In this document: piece after piece, positions 7,195 to 15,988 of the stretch | How the letters are laid out: every line of letters begins with the position of its first letter | How positions within the stretch are numbered: position 1 is the first letter of the stretch | Source: Flavobacteriales bacterium | GTDB taxonomy: Bacteria; Bacteroidota; Bacteroidia; Flavobacteriales_F; PHOS-HE28 | Reading direction: 5' to 3' | DNA length: 64,000 nt | Assembly (NCBI GenBank): GCA_049289815.1 | Contig: JBATMK010000325.1 | Span: 848 to 64,847, forward strand | Made by a program: the position numbers and the translations under genes | The notes under the pieces: generated by a model | The model's input: only the letters and a program-made list of their open reading frames with translations | Database searches by the model: none | What the model was told of the DNA's origin: nothing

Positions 7195-9651
7195 ATGGCA
7201 GCAGCGAAGGCCCCCGGCAAGGGAGGCGTCATCGACGTTAACGATCTGCGCTTTTTCCTGCGCATCGTACAGAAGAACTGGTATTTGGTGGTATTGGCCG
7301 TGGCCCTCTCGGCTGTGCTGAGCGCCTTGTACAGCTACAAGCTTCCGGAAGTGCACGGGGCCAGCACGCAGATCCTGTTGAAGGACCGCGAGGTGTTCAA
7401 CTACCAGACCCAGATCTACCAGAACATCGGCTACATAGCCGCCTACGGCGACATCGTGAACCAGAAGCGGGTGCTGACCAGCTACGACATGATCGACAAA
7501 ACGCTGGACAAGCTCGATTTCGACGTGAGCTACTACATCCTGGGCCGGTTGAAGACCACAGAGAAGTACCATGAACTGCCCTTCGAGGTGGATGCCGTAC
7601 CACTGGACAAGAGCCTTTACGAGAAGCCGATCGACGTGAAGATCGTGGATGCCGAAACCTTCACCATCACGTACGATGCGGGTAAGAGCGGCCCGGTGAG
7701 CTACACGTTGCCGTTCGATCGCGATACCAGCGCGGGCAACGACATCCGGTTGAAGGTCCGCCGCATGAAGCATATCACACGCGAGGCCTTGGCCTCCCTG
7801 GCCGATGGCGATTACCAGTTCGTGCTGCACAGCCGCCCATGGCTGGTGAACAAGTACAAGAGCAGCATGGATGTGGAGAACCTGGAGTACACCAGCATCC
7901 TGGAGATCAAGGTGGAGGATGAAAAGCCCGAGCGGGCGAAGTTGTTCCTCGATAGTCTCAGCACGGTGTACATACACTATACGCTGCAGAGCGAATTCGA
8001 TATCAACGACAACACCATGGGTTACATCGACAAACAGCTCGATGAGGTGACCGTGATATTGAACAGCTATGAGGACGACCTACAGAACTACAAGGAGAAC
8101 AAGAACATCCTGGACCTGAGCCGGGAGGAAGAGCGCTATTTCGACCAGCTGGTGAACTTCGACAACAACCGGCGTCAGTACGAGCTGATGATCGAGAGCC
8201 TCAACTCCTTGGAGGATTACGTGCTCAACATCGGCGATGAGGAATTGCTTCCACCAAGCTTCTACATCCTCCAAGGAGACATCTTCCTTACCAGCAGCGT
8301 AAGTGAACTGTACACCATGCAGATGGGCCGCAACCGGATGCTTCAGGATGCAACGGAAGAGAACCAGGCCATCTCCAAGCTCGACGAGACCATCGGCCTC
8401 ACCCGTAACAACCTGCTCACCTACATCATCAACGATCGCAAGGCCATCCAAGAGAAGATCGGTGACGTGAAGACGCAGATCGACGACTACGAAGGCTTGA
8501 TCCGCCGCATACCACAAAGTCAACGCGACATACTCAACATCGAACGCAAGGTCCAGGTGAATGAAAAGCTCTACCTCTTCCTGCTGGAGAAACGTGCCAA
8601 TACGGTGATCGCCAAAGCGGGTATCATCCCCCAGACCAAGGTGATCGAGCGCGCGCGCGGGCTTGGCGTTGTGCGCCCCGACAAATTGGGCATCCTGTAT
8701 TCCTTCATCGTGGGTGGCCTCATCCTGTCGCTCATCGTGGTCTTCATCAGGGTGATGTTCTATGACCGGATCGAGAACGCCGATCAGTTGCGGGCCATGA
8801 CACAGACCCCCGTGTTCGGGGAGATCATCGCCAGCGAGAAGGCCGAGGAGAACTACGTGGTGGTGGACAGCGATCCGAAGTCGGCCATCACCGAGAGCTT
8901 CCGTACGGTCCGCACCAACTTGGAATACCTGCCCCAGACGCCCGCGGGCAGATTGATCATGGTAACCAGTTACCGGCCCAACGAAGGCAAGACGTTCTGC
9001 AGCGTGAACCTGAGCGCGATACTGGCCAAAGCCGGCAAGAAGGTGCTGTTGCTGGAACTCGACCTGCACAAACCCAAAGTGGGAGCCGGGCTGGGCATGA
9101 CCAGCCCGATGGGTATCAGCAACCTGATGGTGGGCAAGTGCACCATCGAGGAAGTGATACTGGCCACGCACATCGAGAATTTCCATGTGATCCTCAGCGG
9201 ACCTACGCCGCCCAATGCGAGCGAGTTGGTGCTCAGCAAGCACATGAATGAGCTTTTCGCTTACGGCCGCGAGCACTACGATTACGTGATGATCGACACC
9301 CCGCCGGTTGGCCTGATCAGCGACGCGTTGGTGATGATGAAGCTCGTGGACGCCACCCTGTTCGTGGTGAACACGCGCTTCGCGAACAAGGACCACCTGA
9401 AGAGCGCCATGGAAGTTCACTTGGCGAACCCGGTTTCCAATTTCGGCTTCATCCTGAACGGGGTGAAAATGAAGAAGAGCAAGTACTACTATAACACCAA
9501 CTACGGCTATGGCTACCGCTATGCCTATGGGTATGGTTATGGTAGCGGCTACGGCTACGGTTATGGATACGGCCGCAAACGCCGCAGCAAGAAGGACGAT
9601 GAAGCCAAGCCGGAGGTTGAGCAGAAACGGAAGCCGGATACCCGCGCGTGA
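7195..9651 (+). CDS. wzc: Polysaccharide co-polymerase / BY-kinase (Wzc-like tyrosine autokinase chain-length determinant)
   Basis: Wzz-like N-terminal TM. A long coiled-coil periplasmic domain. A second TM, then a cytoplasmic P-loop kinase domain (VTSYRPNEGKTFCSVNLS Walker A, DTPP Walker B). The C-terminal tyrosine cluster is YYYNTNYGYGYRYAYGYGYGSGYGYGYGYG. ATG start chosen at 7195; the track ORF begins at a GTG at 7156. Confidence 0.85.
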   Translation: MAAAKAPGKGGVIDVNDLRFFLRIVQKNWYLVVLAVALSAVLSALYSYKLPEVHGASTQILLKDREVFNYQTQIYQNIGYIAAYGDIVNQKRVLTSYDMIDKTLDKLDFDVSYYILGRLKTTEKYHELPFEVDAVPLDKSLYEKPIDVKIVDAETFTITYDAGKSGPVSYTLPFDRDTSAGNDIRLKVRRMKHITREALASLADGDYQFVLHSRPWLVNKYKSSMDVENLEYTSILEIKVEDEKPERAKLFLDSLSTVYIHYTLQSEFDINDNTMGYIDKQLDEVTVILNSYEDDLQNYKENKNILDLSREEERYFDQLVNFDNNRRQYELMIESLNSLEDYVLNIGDEELLPPSFYILQGDIFLTSSVSELYTMQMGRNRMLQDATEENQAISKLDETIGLTRNNLLTYIINDRKAIQEKIGDVKTQIDDYEGLIRRIPQSQRDILNIERKVQVNEKLYLFLLEKRANTVIAKAGIIPQTKVIERARGLGVVRPDKLGILYSFIVGGLILSLIVVFIRVMFYDRIENADQLRAMTQTPVFGEIIASEKAEENYVVVDSDPKSAITESFRTVRTNLEYLPQTPAGRLIMVTSYRPNEGKTFCSVNLSAILAKAGKKVLLLELDLHKPKVGAGLGMTSPMGISNLMVGKCTIEEVILATHIENFHVILSGPTPPNASELVLSKHMNELFAYGREHYDYVMIDTPPVGLISDALVMMKLVDATLFVVNTRFANKDHLKSAMEVHLANPVSNFGFILNGVKMKKSKYYYNTNYGYGYRYAYGYGYGSGYGYGYGYGRKRRSKKDDEAKPEVEQKRKPDTRA
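9484..9570 (+). repeat. Degenerate tandem repeat encoding the (Gly-Tyr)n tail of Wzc
   Basis: tacggctat ggctaccgctat gcctatgggtat ggttatggt ... ggctacggctacggttatggatacggc. About 29 codons, roughly half Tyr. Confidence 0.7.
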
Positions 9652-9670
9652 TCACCATTTCCCTGACCGT

Positions 9671-10534
9671 ATGCCCACCACCGCAGCCGCCGACCGTGAG
9701 ACCCTTATCGGGCCCGACGGGCCTTGGTGGAAATTGGATCTGGCCGAGCTCTGGCGCTACCGCGATCTGGTGGCGTTGTTGGTGCGTCGGGACATCACCG
9801 CCGTATACAAGCAGACGGTCCTCGGTCCACTCTGGCATGTGATCCAGCCCTTGCTGACCTCCTTCATGTTCGCGTTGATCTTCGGGCGCGCCGCGGGGTT
9901 CGCACCCAAAGAGATCCCCGGCATGCTCTTCTACCTGAGCGGACTGGTGCCTTGGTTCTTCTTCGCGAACGTGGTGAACAAGACCAGCAAGACCTTCACG
10001 GCCAACGCGGCGTTGATGGGCAAGGTGTACTTCCCACGGCTCGCAGTGCCCCTGAGCGTGGCCATCAGCAACCTGGCCAGTTTCGGCATCCAATTCCTGG
10101 CCTTCCTCGTGCTGCTGATCAGCTATCACGTGTTCGATCCGGGTTTCACCTGGCATCCTTCACCGGCACTGTTGCTCCTGCCCTTGCTGGTCGTGATCAT
10201 GGGCTTGCTCGGCTTGGGATCCGGTATCCTGATCAGCGCGCTCACCACCAAATACCGCGACCTCAGTTTCCTTGTCGGCTTCGGCGTGCAACTGCTCATG
10301 TACGCGAGCCCCGTCATCTTCCCGCTCTCCCGGTTGCAACAGTTCCCCATGTTGCTCAAGGTGTTCAATGTGAACCCGATGACGAGTGTGATAGAGAGCA
10401 CCCGGGCGGTCTTCTTCGGCCAGGCGATCCCGTGGAACGGGTTGGGTTATACGTGCGTGTTCACGTTGTGCATCCTGATGCTCGGCACGGCGGTCTTCAA
10501 TCGGGTGGAGCGCTCCTTCGCCGATATCGTTTGA
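9671..10534 (+). CDS. wzm: ABC-2 type polysaccharide/O-antigen export permease (Wzm/KpsM/TagG family)
   Basis: 287 aa with six TM segments. ABC-2 signature region LWHVIQPLLTSFMFALIFG. Start refined to the ATG at 9671. Confidence 0.8.
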   Translation: MPTTAAADRETLIGPDGPWWKLDLAELWRYRDLVALLVRRDITAVYKQTVLGPLWHVIQPLLTSFMFALIFGRAAGFAPKEIPGMLFYLSGLVPWFFFANVVNKTSKTFTANAALMGKVYFPRLAVPLSVAISNLASFGIQFLAFLVLLISYHVFDPGFTWHPSPALLLLPLLVVIMGLLGLGSGILISALTTKYRDLSFLVGFGVQLLMYASPVIFPLSRLQQFPMLLKVFNVNPMTSVIESTRAVFFGQAIPWNGLGYTCVFTLCILMLGTAVFNRVERSFADIV

Positions 10535-10537
10535 ACG

Positions 10538-11797
10538 ATGGAAGGCATCGCGATCCGCGTTTCCGATGTGCACAAGCAATACCGTTTGGGCGTGTTCGGC
10601 GGTACCACGCTGGCCGAGGATCTCAAAGCGTGGTGGGCCAAGGTGAACGGCAGGCCCGATCCGCGTGTGCCCATCGGTAAGGAACACATGTCGCAGCGCT
10701 CGGGCGAGTTCTTCCTCGCACTGCGCGGCCTCAGCTTCGACATCAGGAAAGGAGAGATCGTGGGCGTGATCGGTCGCAATGGCGCTGGCAAGAGCACGCT
10801 GTTGAAGTTGATGTCGCGCATCACCTCACCAACGTCAGGCACCATCCGGATCACGGGCCGCACGAGCAGTTTGTTGGAGGTGGGAACGGGCTTCAATCCT
10901 GAACTGACCGGTCGCGAGAACATCTTCCTCAACGGCGCCATCCTGGGCATGCGCAAGCACGAGATCGATGCCCGGCTGCAGGCGATCATCAGCTTCAGCG
11001 GCATCGAGCACCATATCGACTCACCGGTGAAACGTTACAGCAGCGGCATGCGCGTACGCCTTGGTTTCGCGGTGGCCGCACATTTGGAGCCGGAAGTGCT
11101 CATCATCGACGAAGTGTTGGCCGTGGGCGACACCGAATTCCAGCGCAAATGCCTAGGCAAGATGAAGGACGTGGCCAACAGCGGCCGCACTATTCTCTTC
11201 GTAAGTCATAACATGACTTCCGTGAGGAGTTTGTGCAATCGCGTGATCTGGTTGCAGGAGGGCAGGGTGACCATGGACGGCCCTGCGGAGGATGTGGTGA
11301 ACGCCTACTTGCGCACCTACACCAACAACAACGATACGGTGGAATGGAGTGAAGCGGAGGCACCGGGCAATGAGCGTGTGCGGTTGCGCCGTGTGGCCAT
11401 CGAACGCGACGACGATGGAGCCTTGCTCACTTGGCGGACACCTTTCCGCGTCCGTGTCGGTTTCGATAACATCGGCATGAATGATGATGGATTGAACGTG
11501 GGCTTGCTCGTTTTCAACAGCGACGACATCCTCGTTTTCTCCACCAGCCTGCGGGAAGGGAGCACTTTCCGTGTGAAGCCCGGAACCAACAGCGTTTGGT
11601 GCGAGGTGCCTGCGGATCTGTTGAACATCGGTGACTACCGCATCACGGTGATGTTTTTCTACAATGCCAAGCGCCTTATGCGGCATGATGATACCGTGGC
11701 ATTCGCAGTCCACGACACCGAGCGCGAAGGTGCTTGGTACGGCAAGCGCAAGGGCGTAGTGATACCGATTCTGAAATGGGGCGCGGAGGGCGGTTGA
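10538..11797 (+). CDS. wzt: ABC transporter ATP-binding protein with a C-terminal glycan-binding domain (Wzt/TagH-like)
   Basis: Walker A GRNGAGKST, signature YSSGMRVRLGFAVA, Walker B LIIDEVLAVGD. An additional C-terminal domain of about 150 aa resembles the Wzt_C O-antigen-terminus-binding beta-sandwich. Confidence 0.85.
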   Translation: MEGIAIRVSDVHKQYRLGVFGGTTLAEDLKAWWAKVNGRPDPRVPIGKEHMSQRSGEFFLALRGLSFDIRKGEIVGVIGRNGAGKSTLLKLMSRITSPTSGTIRITGRTSSLLEVGTGFNPELTGRENIFLNGAILGMRKHEIDARLQAIISFSGIEHHIDSPVKRYSSGMRVRLGFAVAAHLEPEVLIIDEVLAVGDTEFQRKCLGKMKDVANSGRTILFVSHNMTSVRSLCNRVIWLQEGRVTMDGPAEDVVNAYLRTYTNNNDTVEWSEAEAPGNERVRLRRVAIERDDDGALLTWRTPFRVRVGFDNIGMNDDGLNVGLLVFNSDDILVFSTSLREGSTFRVKPGTNSVWCEVPADLLNIGDYRITVMFFYNAKRLMRHDDTVAFAVHDTEREGAWYGKRKGVVIPILKWGAEGG

Positions 11798-11841
11798 ACT
11801 TCCTTGGTCGGTTCACCGGACCGTTCCTTCCGAGCGTGGTG

Positions 11842-11876
11842 CCGTCCTTCCTGAGCGTCGCCGCGTGGAAGGACGG
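11842..11876 (+). terminator. Perfect 10-bp inverted repeat (candidate terminator or regulatory stem-loop) after wzt
   Basis: ccgtccttcc-(15 nt)-ggaaggacgg, 45 nt downstream of the wzt stop. There is no U-tract. Confidence 0.35.
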
Positions 11877-11993
11877 TAGTTCAGCGATCTTCAACATGCT
11901 GGCGCACCAACCCCAAGTTCTCCTACTGATGCCTATGGTGGCCTTGCGTCACGACGGCGTTCTCAGTCTTCGTCCTAACTGGATCACACGACT

Positions 11994-12809
11994 TTGCCCC
12001 ACGCCATGATCGGGTGGCTCGACCGCTTCCGGCGACACATGCGCCCGGCGTTCCTCATTATCGGAGCGCAGAAAGCCGGCACGTCGTCGCTGTTCAAGAT
12101 GTTCGCTGCACACCAACGCGTCGTAGCACCTGTGACGAAGGAACAGCATTTCTTCGACCGCGGGGACCGCTATGCACGGGGTTTCAGCCACTATATCAGA
12201 CAGTTCCCCCTGGCATCCGGCAACACGGGTCGCATCACCTTCGAAGCAACACCGAACTACCTCTTCGAGGAAGCGTGCGCGCGGCGTATCCATCATCACC
12301 TGCCTGAGGTGAAGTTGATAGCGGTGCTGCGCAATCCGGTGAGCCGGGCTTACTCCGCATGGAACATGTACCGCCATTTCGCAGGCCATCCGGTCCACGG
12401 CGAATGGCACGATCCGCGTACATTCGAACAGGCCGTGGAGGACGAACTGGCCGGAAGAACCACCGCGCGTGCCCATCTTTACCTGGAGCGGGGACAGTAC
12501 GCGCGTCTCTTGGGCCGTTACTTCGATCTGTTCGGTCGCGATCGTTTGCTCGTGCTCCGGCATGATCGGCTCGATCTGGAGCCCGCCGCCGTCATGGACG
12601 AATGCTGCCGCTTCCTCGGCTTGGAGCTTTTCGCCGGGAATCCCGCACAACTACTGGTGCGGGACAACGTGCGTCCTTATCCCGCCGCGATGGATCCCGC
12701 GCTCCACGATCGCCTGGTAGCGCATTTCGCGCCGCACATGCAGGAACTTGAACAGTTATTAGGAACAGGCTGGGATCTGCTCCAAGCCCGTACCGCACGG
12801 TCGAAATAG
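11994..12809 (+). CDS. Sulfotransferase family protein (PAPS-dependent carbohydrate sulfotransferase)
   Basis: The 5'-PSB loop LIIGAQKAGTSSL and the 3'-PB region RNPVSRAYSAW, like eukaryotic-type heparan-sulfate sulfotransferase domains. The start may be the internal M at 12039. Confidence 0.7.
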   Translation: MPHAMIGWLDRFRRHMRPAFLIIGAQKAGTSSLFKMFAAHQRVVAPVTKEQHFFDRGDRYARGFSHYIRQFPLASGNTGRITFEATPNYLFEEACARRIHHHLPEVKLIAVLRNPVSRAYSAWNMYRHFAGHPVHGEWHDPRTFEQAVEDELAGRTTARAHLYLERGQYARLLGRYFDLFGRDRLLVLRHDRLDLEPAAVMDECCRFLGLELFAGNPAQLLVRDNVRPYPAAMDPALHDRLVAHFAPHMQELEQLLGTGWDLLQARTARSK

Positions 12810-12867
12810 CTTACTTTGGATCTCCCTGAAGCCCCGTTGACGTGGGTCGCATTGGTGAACATCAGAC

Positions 12868-13551
12868 ATGTCGAATATTGGATCCGAGGGTTACCTCACA
12901 TCGATGGACAAAACCGGAAAAGAGGCGGACCCGGCCAGCACTGCCTATTGGGAGGAGTATTACAAGGCGAACCCTCACCCGTTCAATCCTTCTGCCTTCG
13001 CCCTGGAGGTGGCCCGCTGGCTGGGAACATCCGGGACGATGATCGAGCTGGGTTGTGGCAATGGACGCGATGCGGTCTTCCTCAGCCAACGGATCCAGGG
13101 AACCCTGCTCGCTATCGACCAATGCGTTCACGAGGTGGAGCGGCTCAACTTGGAACAGGCGCATGAACGGTTGCATTTCCTGGCCGCTGATTTCTCGACC
13201 TATCGACCCACGGATCCGATCCAATACGCGTATTCACGCTGGACGATGCATGCCATCGATGAAGAGGCCGAGGATCGTACTTTGGACTGGCTGACACGTT
13301 CCGTTCGCAACACGGGCATATTCTTCGTTGAGGCCAGGAGCGTACGGGACGACCTTTACGGCAAGGGTGAGCACGTCGGCGGGCATGCTTACTTGACCGA
13401 CCATTACCGCCGTTTCATGGATCCTGAGGTGTTCACGCAGAAGCTAAGGACGCGCGGATGGACTATTCTGGATTCCGTTGAATCCCGTGGATTCGCTGTT
13501 CATCAGGATGATGACCCCGTCATCGTGCGTGTGATCGCACAGAAGCCTTGA
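12868..13551 (+). CDS. Class I SAM-dependent methyltransferase
   Basis: Motif I IELGCGNGRDAVFL; Rossmann-fold MTase spacing. Confidence 0.65.
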   Translation: MSNIGSEGYLTSMDKTGKEADPASTAYWEEYYKANPHPFNPSAFALEVARWLGTSGTMIELGCGNGRDAVFLSQRIQGTLLAIDQCVHEVERLNLEQAHERLHFLAADFSTYRPTDPIQYAYSRWTMHAIDEEAEDRTLDWLTRSVRNTGIFFVEARSVRDDLYGKGEHVGGHAYLTDHYRRFMDPEVFTQKLRTRGWTILDSVESRGFAVHQDDDPVIVRVIAQKP

Positions 13552-13561
13552 TGTCTCAGGG

Positions 13562-14740
13562 ATGTTGCGCGCTCTAAGGGAACGTGCCCGTGCTCTTCAG
13601 ACCAGGATCCGGGGGCTGAGGTCACGGGTGATCGATGGTCTTGCCCTCTACCGATGTGCTTGGGAGCAAAGGCGGGCACCTTCGCGCTGCATGGCGGTCT
13701 TCGCGCCGCGGAAAGCGCAGCGAAAATTCATCGAGGGCACGATCGCCCATCTCGAACGACAGGGGGTCAAGGTTCACTGGTTCACCGGACCGGAGTTCAT
13801 CGGTGATTACAAGGCCGCCTTGAGTTCGCGTCGTGTGTATCCCTATCATCTCTGTGCCCATATCCCGTACAGGGCGATCCTCACACCCGCCACGCATATC
13901 CCGACCAACAAGTACAAACATCCGCAAGCACAGGTCATCCATGTCCCGCATTCCATGGTCAGCCTGCATACGATCTTCACCAGTGCCACTTTCATTGGGT
14001 TTGACCATGTGTTTTGCTGCGGCCCGCACCACGTTAAGGAGATCGAGGCCATCTTCAGGCAAAATGGCCGAGCGGGGCGGATCGCGCGCACCGGCTATGA
14101 AGTGATCGACCGTCTGGCCCAACTGGCCCCCAAGGAGAAGAACGCGGGCATTCGACCATGTGTTCTGATAGCCCCAACTTGGGGAGAGAGCAGCCTCCTT
14201 TACCGCTTCGGGCGGGAACTCGTGGATCGGTTGATCAAGCATTACGACGTGATCCTCCGTCCACACCCGTGGCGGATAGAACAGCTATCCGACCTGCTAA
14301 GTGCGCTCAAAAGCGACTATGCCTCGAATCCCCGTTTCCGCTATGACGATGCCGTTGATTCCAAGGGATCGATGGACACGGCCGATCTGATGATCTCCGA
14401 CTATTCGGGGGCCGCCTTCGAGTTTGCCTTGGCTTATCTGCGCCCTGTGATCTTCATTGATGGTCCTAGAAAGAATGCGCACCTGCAATTCAGGGAGATC
14501 CTCGATGAGGAAGGTGTTGAGGTCAGGTGCAGGAATGTGATCGGTGTTGTCGTCCAGGACCTGAACGAGTTGGAGAACGCAATTCCCGTTTCGCTCGATG
14601 CGCGCGGGTTCTGGTCCGACAAGCTGCGCAAGGCAAGGAGCGAGTTGCTATTCAACTTCGGCCATTGCGCAGAACACGCCACAGCCGAGATCATCAAGGT
14701 ATTGGATGTCGGGGCCGTAAGCGAGCAGCGCACAACATGA
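13562..14740 (+). CDS. CDP-glycerol glycerophosphotransferase family protein (TagB/TagF-like)
   Basis: The C-terminal ADLMISDYSGAAFEFA motif is characteristic of TagF-type polyol-phosphate transferases. The N-terminal half is GT-B-like. Confidence 0.5.
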   Translation: MLRALRERARALQTRIRGLRSRVIDGLALYRCAWEQRRAPSRCMAVFAPRKAQRKFIEGTIAHLERQGVKVHWFTGPEFIGDYKAALSSRRVYPYHLCAHIPYRAILTPATHIPTNKYKHPQAQVIHVPHSMVSLHTIFTSATFIGFDHVFCCGPHHVKEIEAIFRQNGRAGRIARTGYEVIDRLAQLAPKEKNAGIRPCVLIAPTWGESSLLYRFGRELVDRLIKHYDVILRPHPWRIEQLSDLLSALKSDYASNPRFRYDDAVDSKGSMDTADLMISDYSGAAFEFALAYLRPVIFIDGPRKNAHLQFREILDEEGVEVRCRNVIGVVVQDLNELENAIPVSLDARGFWSDKLRKARSELLFNFGHCAEHATAEIIKVLDVGAVSEQRTT

Positions 14741-14839
14741 TGCTTGTGGGAAGGGTCGTGAACAAGTGGGGAGGTTCGTCGAGACCGTCCTTGTGCGCTT
14801 GCCCGCTATGGGCGACATTTGGGCTCTACCATTTGAACA

Positions 14840-15982
14840 ATGAACAGTGTGGAACGCGCCCAAGACGCACCGCTAGCGCACCTCGACGATCATCCGATGG
14901 TGGACGAAGAACCCATCCACGTTACGCGCACTGTGCTGCCAGAGAAGGCGGTCTACCAGCGGCTGATGGATCATGCATGGGACGACCGTCGCATGACCAA
15001 CAACGGCCCGCTGGTGGTGGAGCTTGAGAACGTCCTGCGCGACTACCTCGCCGTTCCGCACTTGGCGCTCGTGAGCAATGGTACGCTGGCCTTGCAGATC
15101 GCGATCCGCGCGTTGGGGCTGAAAGGAAAGATCATCACCACGCCGTTCAGCTACGTGGCTACGGCCAGTGCGATCCTCTGGGAAGGCTGCGAGCCCGTGT
15201 TCGCCGACATCGACCCCGAGACCTGCTGCATCGATCCGGCGCGCATCGAGTCGGCCATTGTGCCGGGCGTCAGCGCCATCATGGCCACGCACGTCTATGG
15301 CATACCGTGCGACGTTGCGGCGATCGAAGCGATCGCACGAATGCATGGCCTTAAAGTGATCTACGATGGTGCACATGCATTTGGTGCGATGTACCGCGGG
15401 CGCTGTCTGTCCGCTTACGGCGATGCATGCACGTTGAGCCTGCATGCCACGAAGCTTTACCACACGATCGAGGGCGGTGCGGTGATCACACACGAGGCCC
15501 GCCATGACGCCGATGTGCGCCTGCTCCGCAGCTTTGGCCACATCCGTGACGAGCACTTCGCGCTTGGGATCAATGCGAAGCTGAGTGAGCCGCACGCGGC
15601 GATGGGTCTGGCGCTGTTCCCGGAGGTGGATGGCTTCATAAAGCAGCGCAGCACTATTTCGGCCTGGTACGACGAGCGTATCGCTGATCTCCCGCTACGC
15701 AAGCCGCAGATCCCATCGGAGACCACCTTCAACTTTGGCTATTATCCGGTCTTCTTCGACTCGGAGGCCGAGCGCGAGCGTGCGATCCAGGTGATGCAGG
15801 CCGCCTGTGTGTTCCCGCGCCGGTACTTCTTCCCTTCACTGGACCGGCTTCCTTACGTGCGTTCCGCCGAAATGCCCGTATCCATCAAGGCCGCGGCGAC
15901 TTCACTCTGCCTTCCGCTTTATCCTGGGCTTACGCAAGCGCAAGTGGATCGTGTGGTGAGCGCATTGCGCCACACTTGGTGA
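14840..15982 (+). CDS. DegT/DnrJ/EryC1/StrS family PLP-dependent sugar aminotransferase
   Basis: Typical N-terminal RLMDHAWDD...NGPLVVELE...LVSNGTLAL and a central PLP-lysine region consistent with the family. Confidence 0.8.
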   Translation: MNSVERAQDAPLAHLDDHPMVDEEPIHVTRTVLPEKAVYQRLMDHAWDDRRMTNNGPLVVELENVLRDYLAVPHLALVSNGTLALQIAIRALGLKGKIITTPFSYVATASAILWEGCEPVFADIDPETCCIDPARIESAIVPGVSAIMATHVYGIPCDVAAIEAIARMHGLKVIYDGAHAFGAMYRGRCLSAYGDACTLSLHATKLYHTIEGGAVITHEARHDADVRLLRSFGHIRDEHFALGINAKLSEPHAAMGLALFPEVDGFIKQRSTISAWYDERIADLPLRKPQIPSETTFNFGYYPVFFDSEAERERAIQVMQAACVFPRRYFFPSLDRLPYVRSAEMPVSIKAAATSLCLPLYPGLTQAQVDRVVSALRHTW

Positions 15983-15988
15983 CCAGGG

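Noticed and set aside
7075-9420. Long antisense ORFs opposite wzc (7075..7977, 8080..9420) and similar antisense ORFs opposite most genes (for example 4431..5735, 26889..27983, 28049..29761, 34407..35906, 47926..49470, 52877..54715)
   Set aside because: Long stop-free reverse-frame ORFs are expected for high-GC DNA. Their translations are His/Arg/Val/Glu-rich low-complexity with no motifs. The sense-strand genes carry unambiguous domain signatures.
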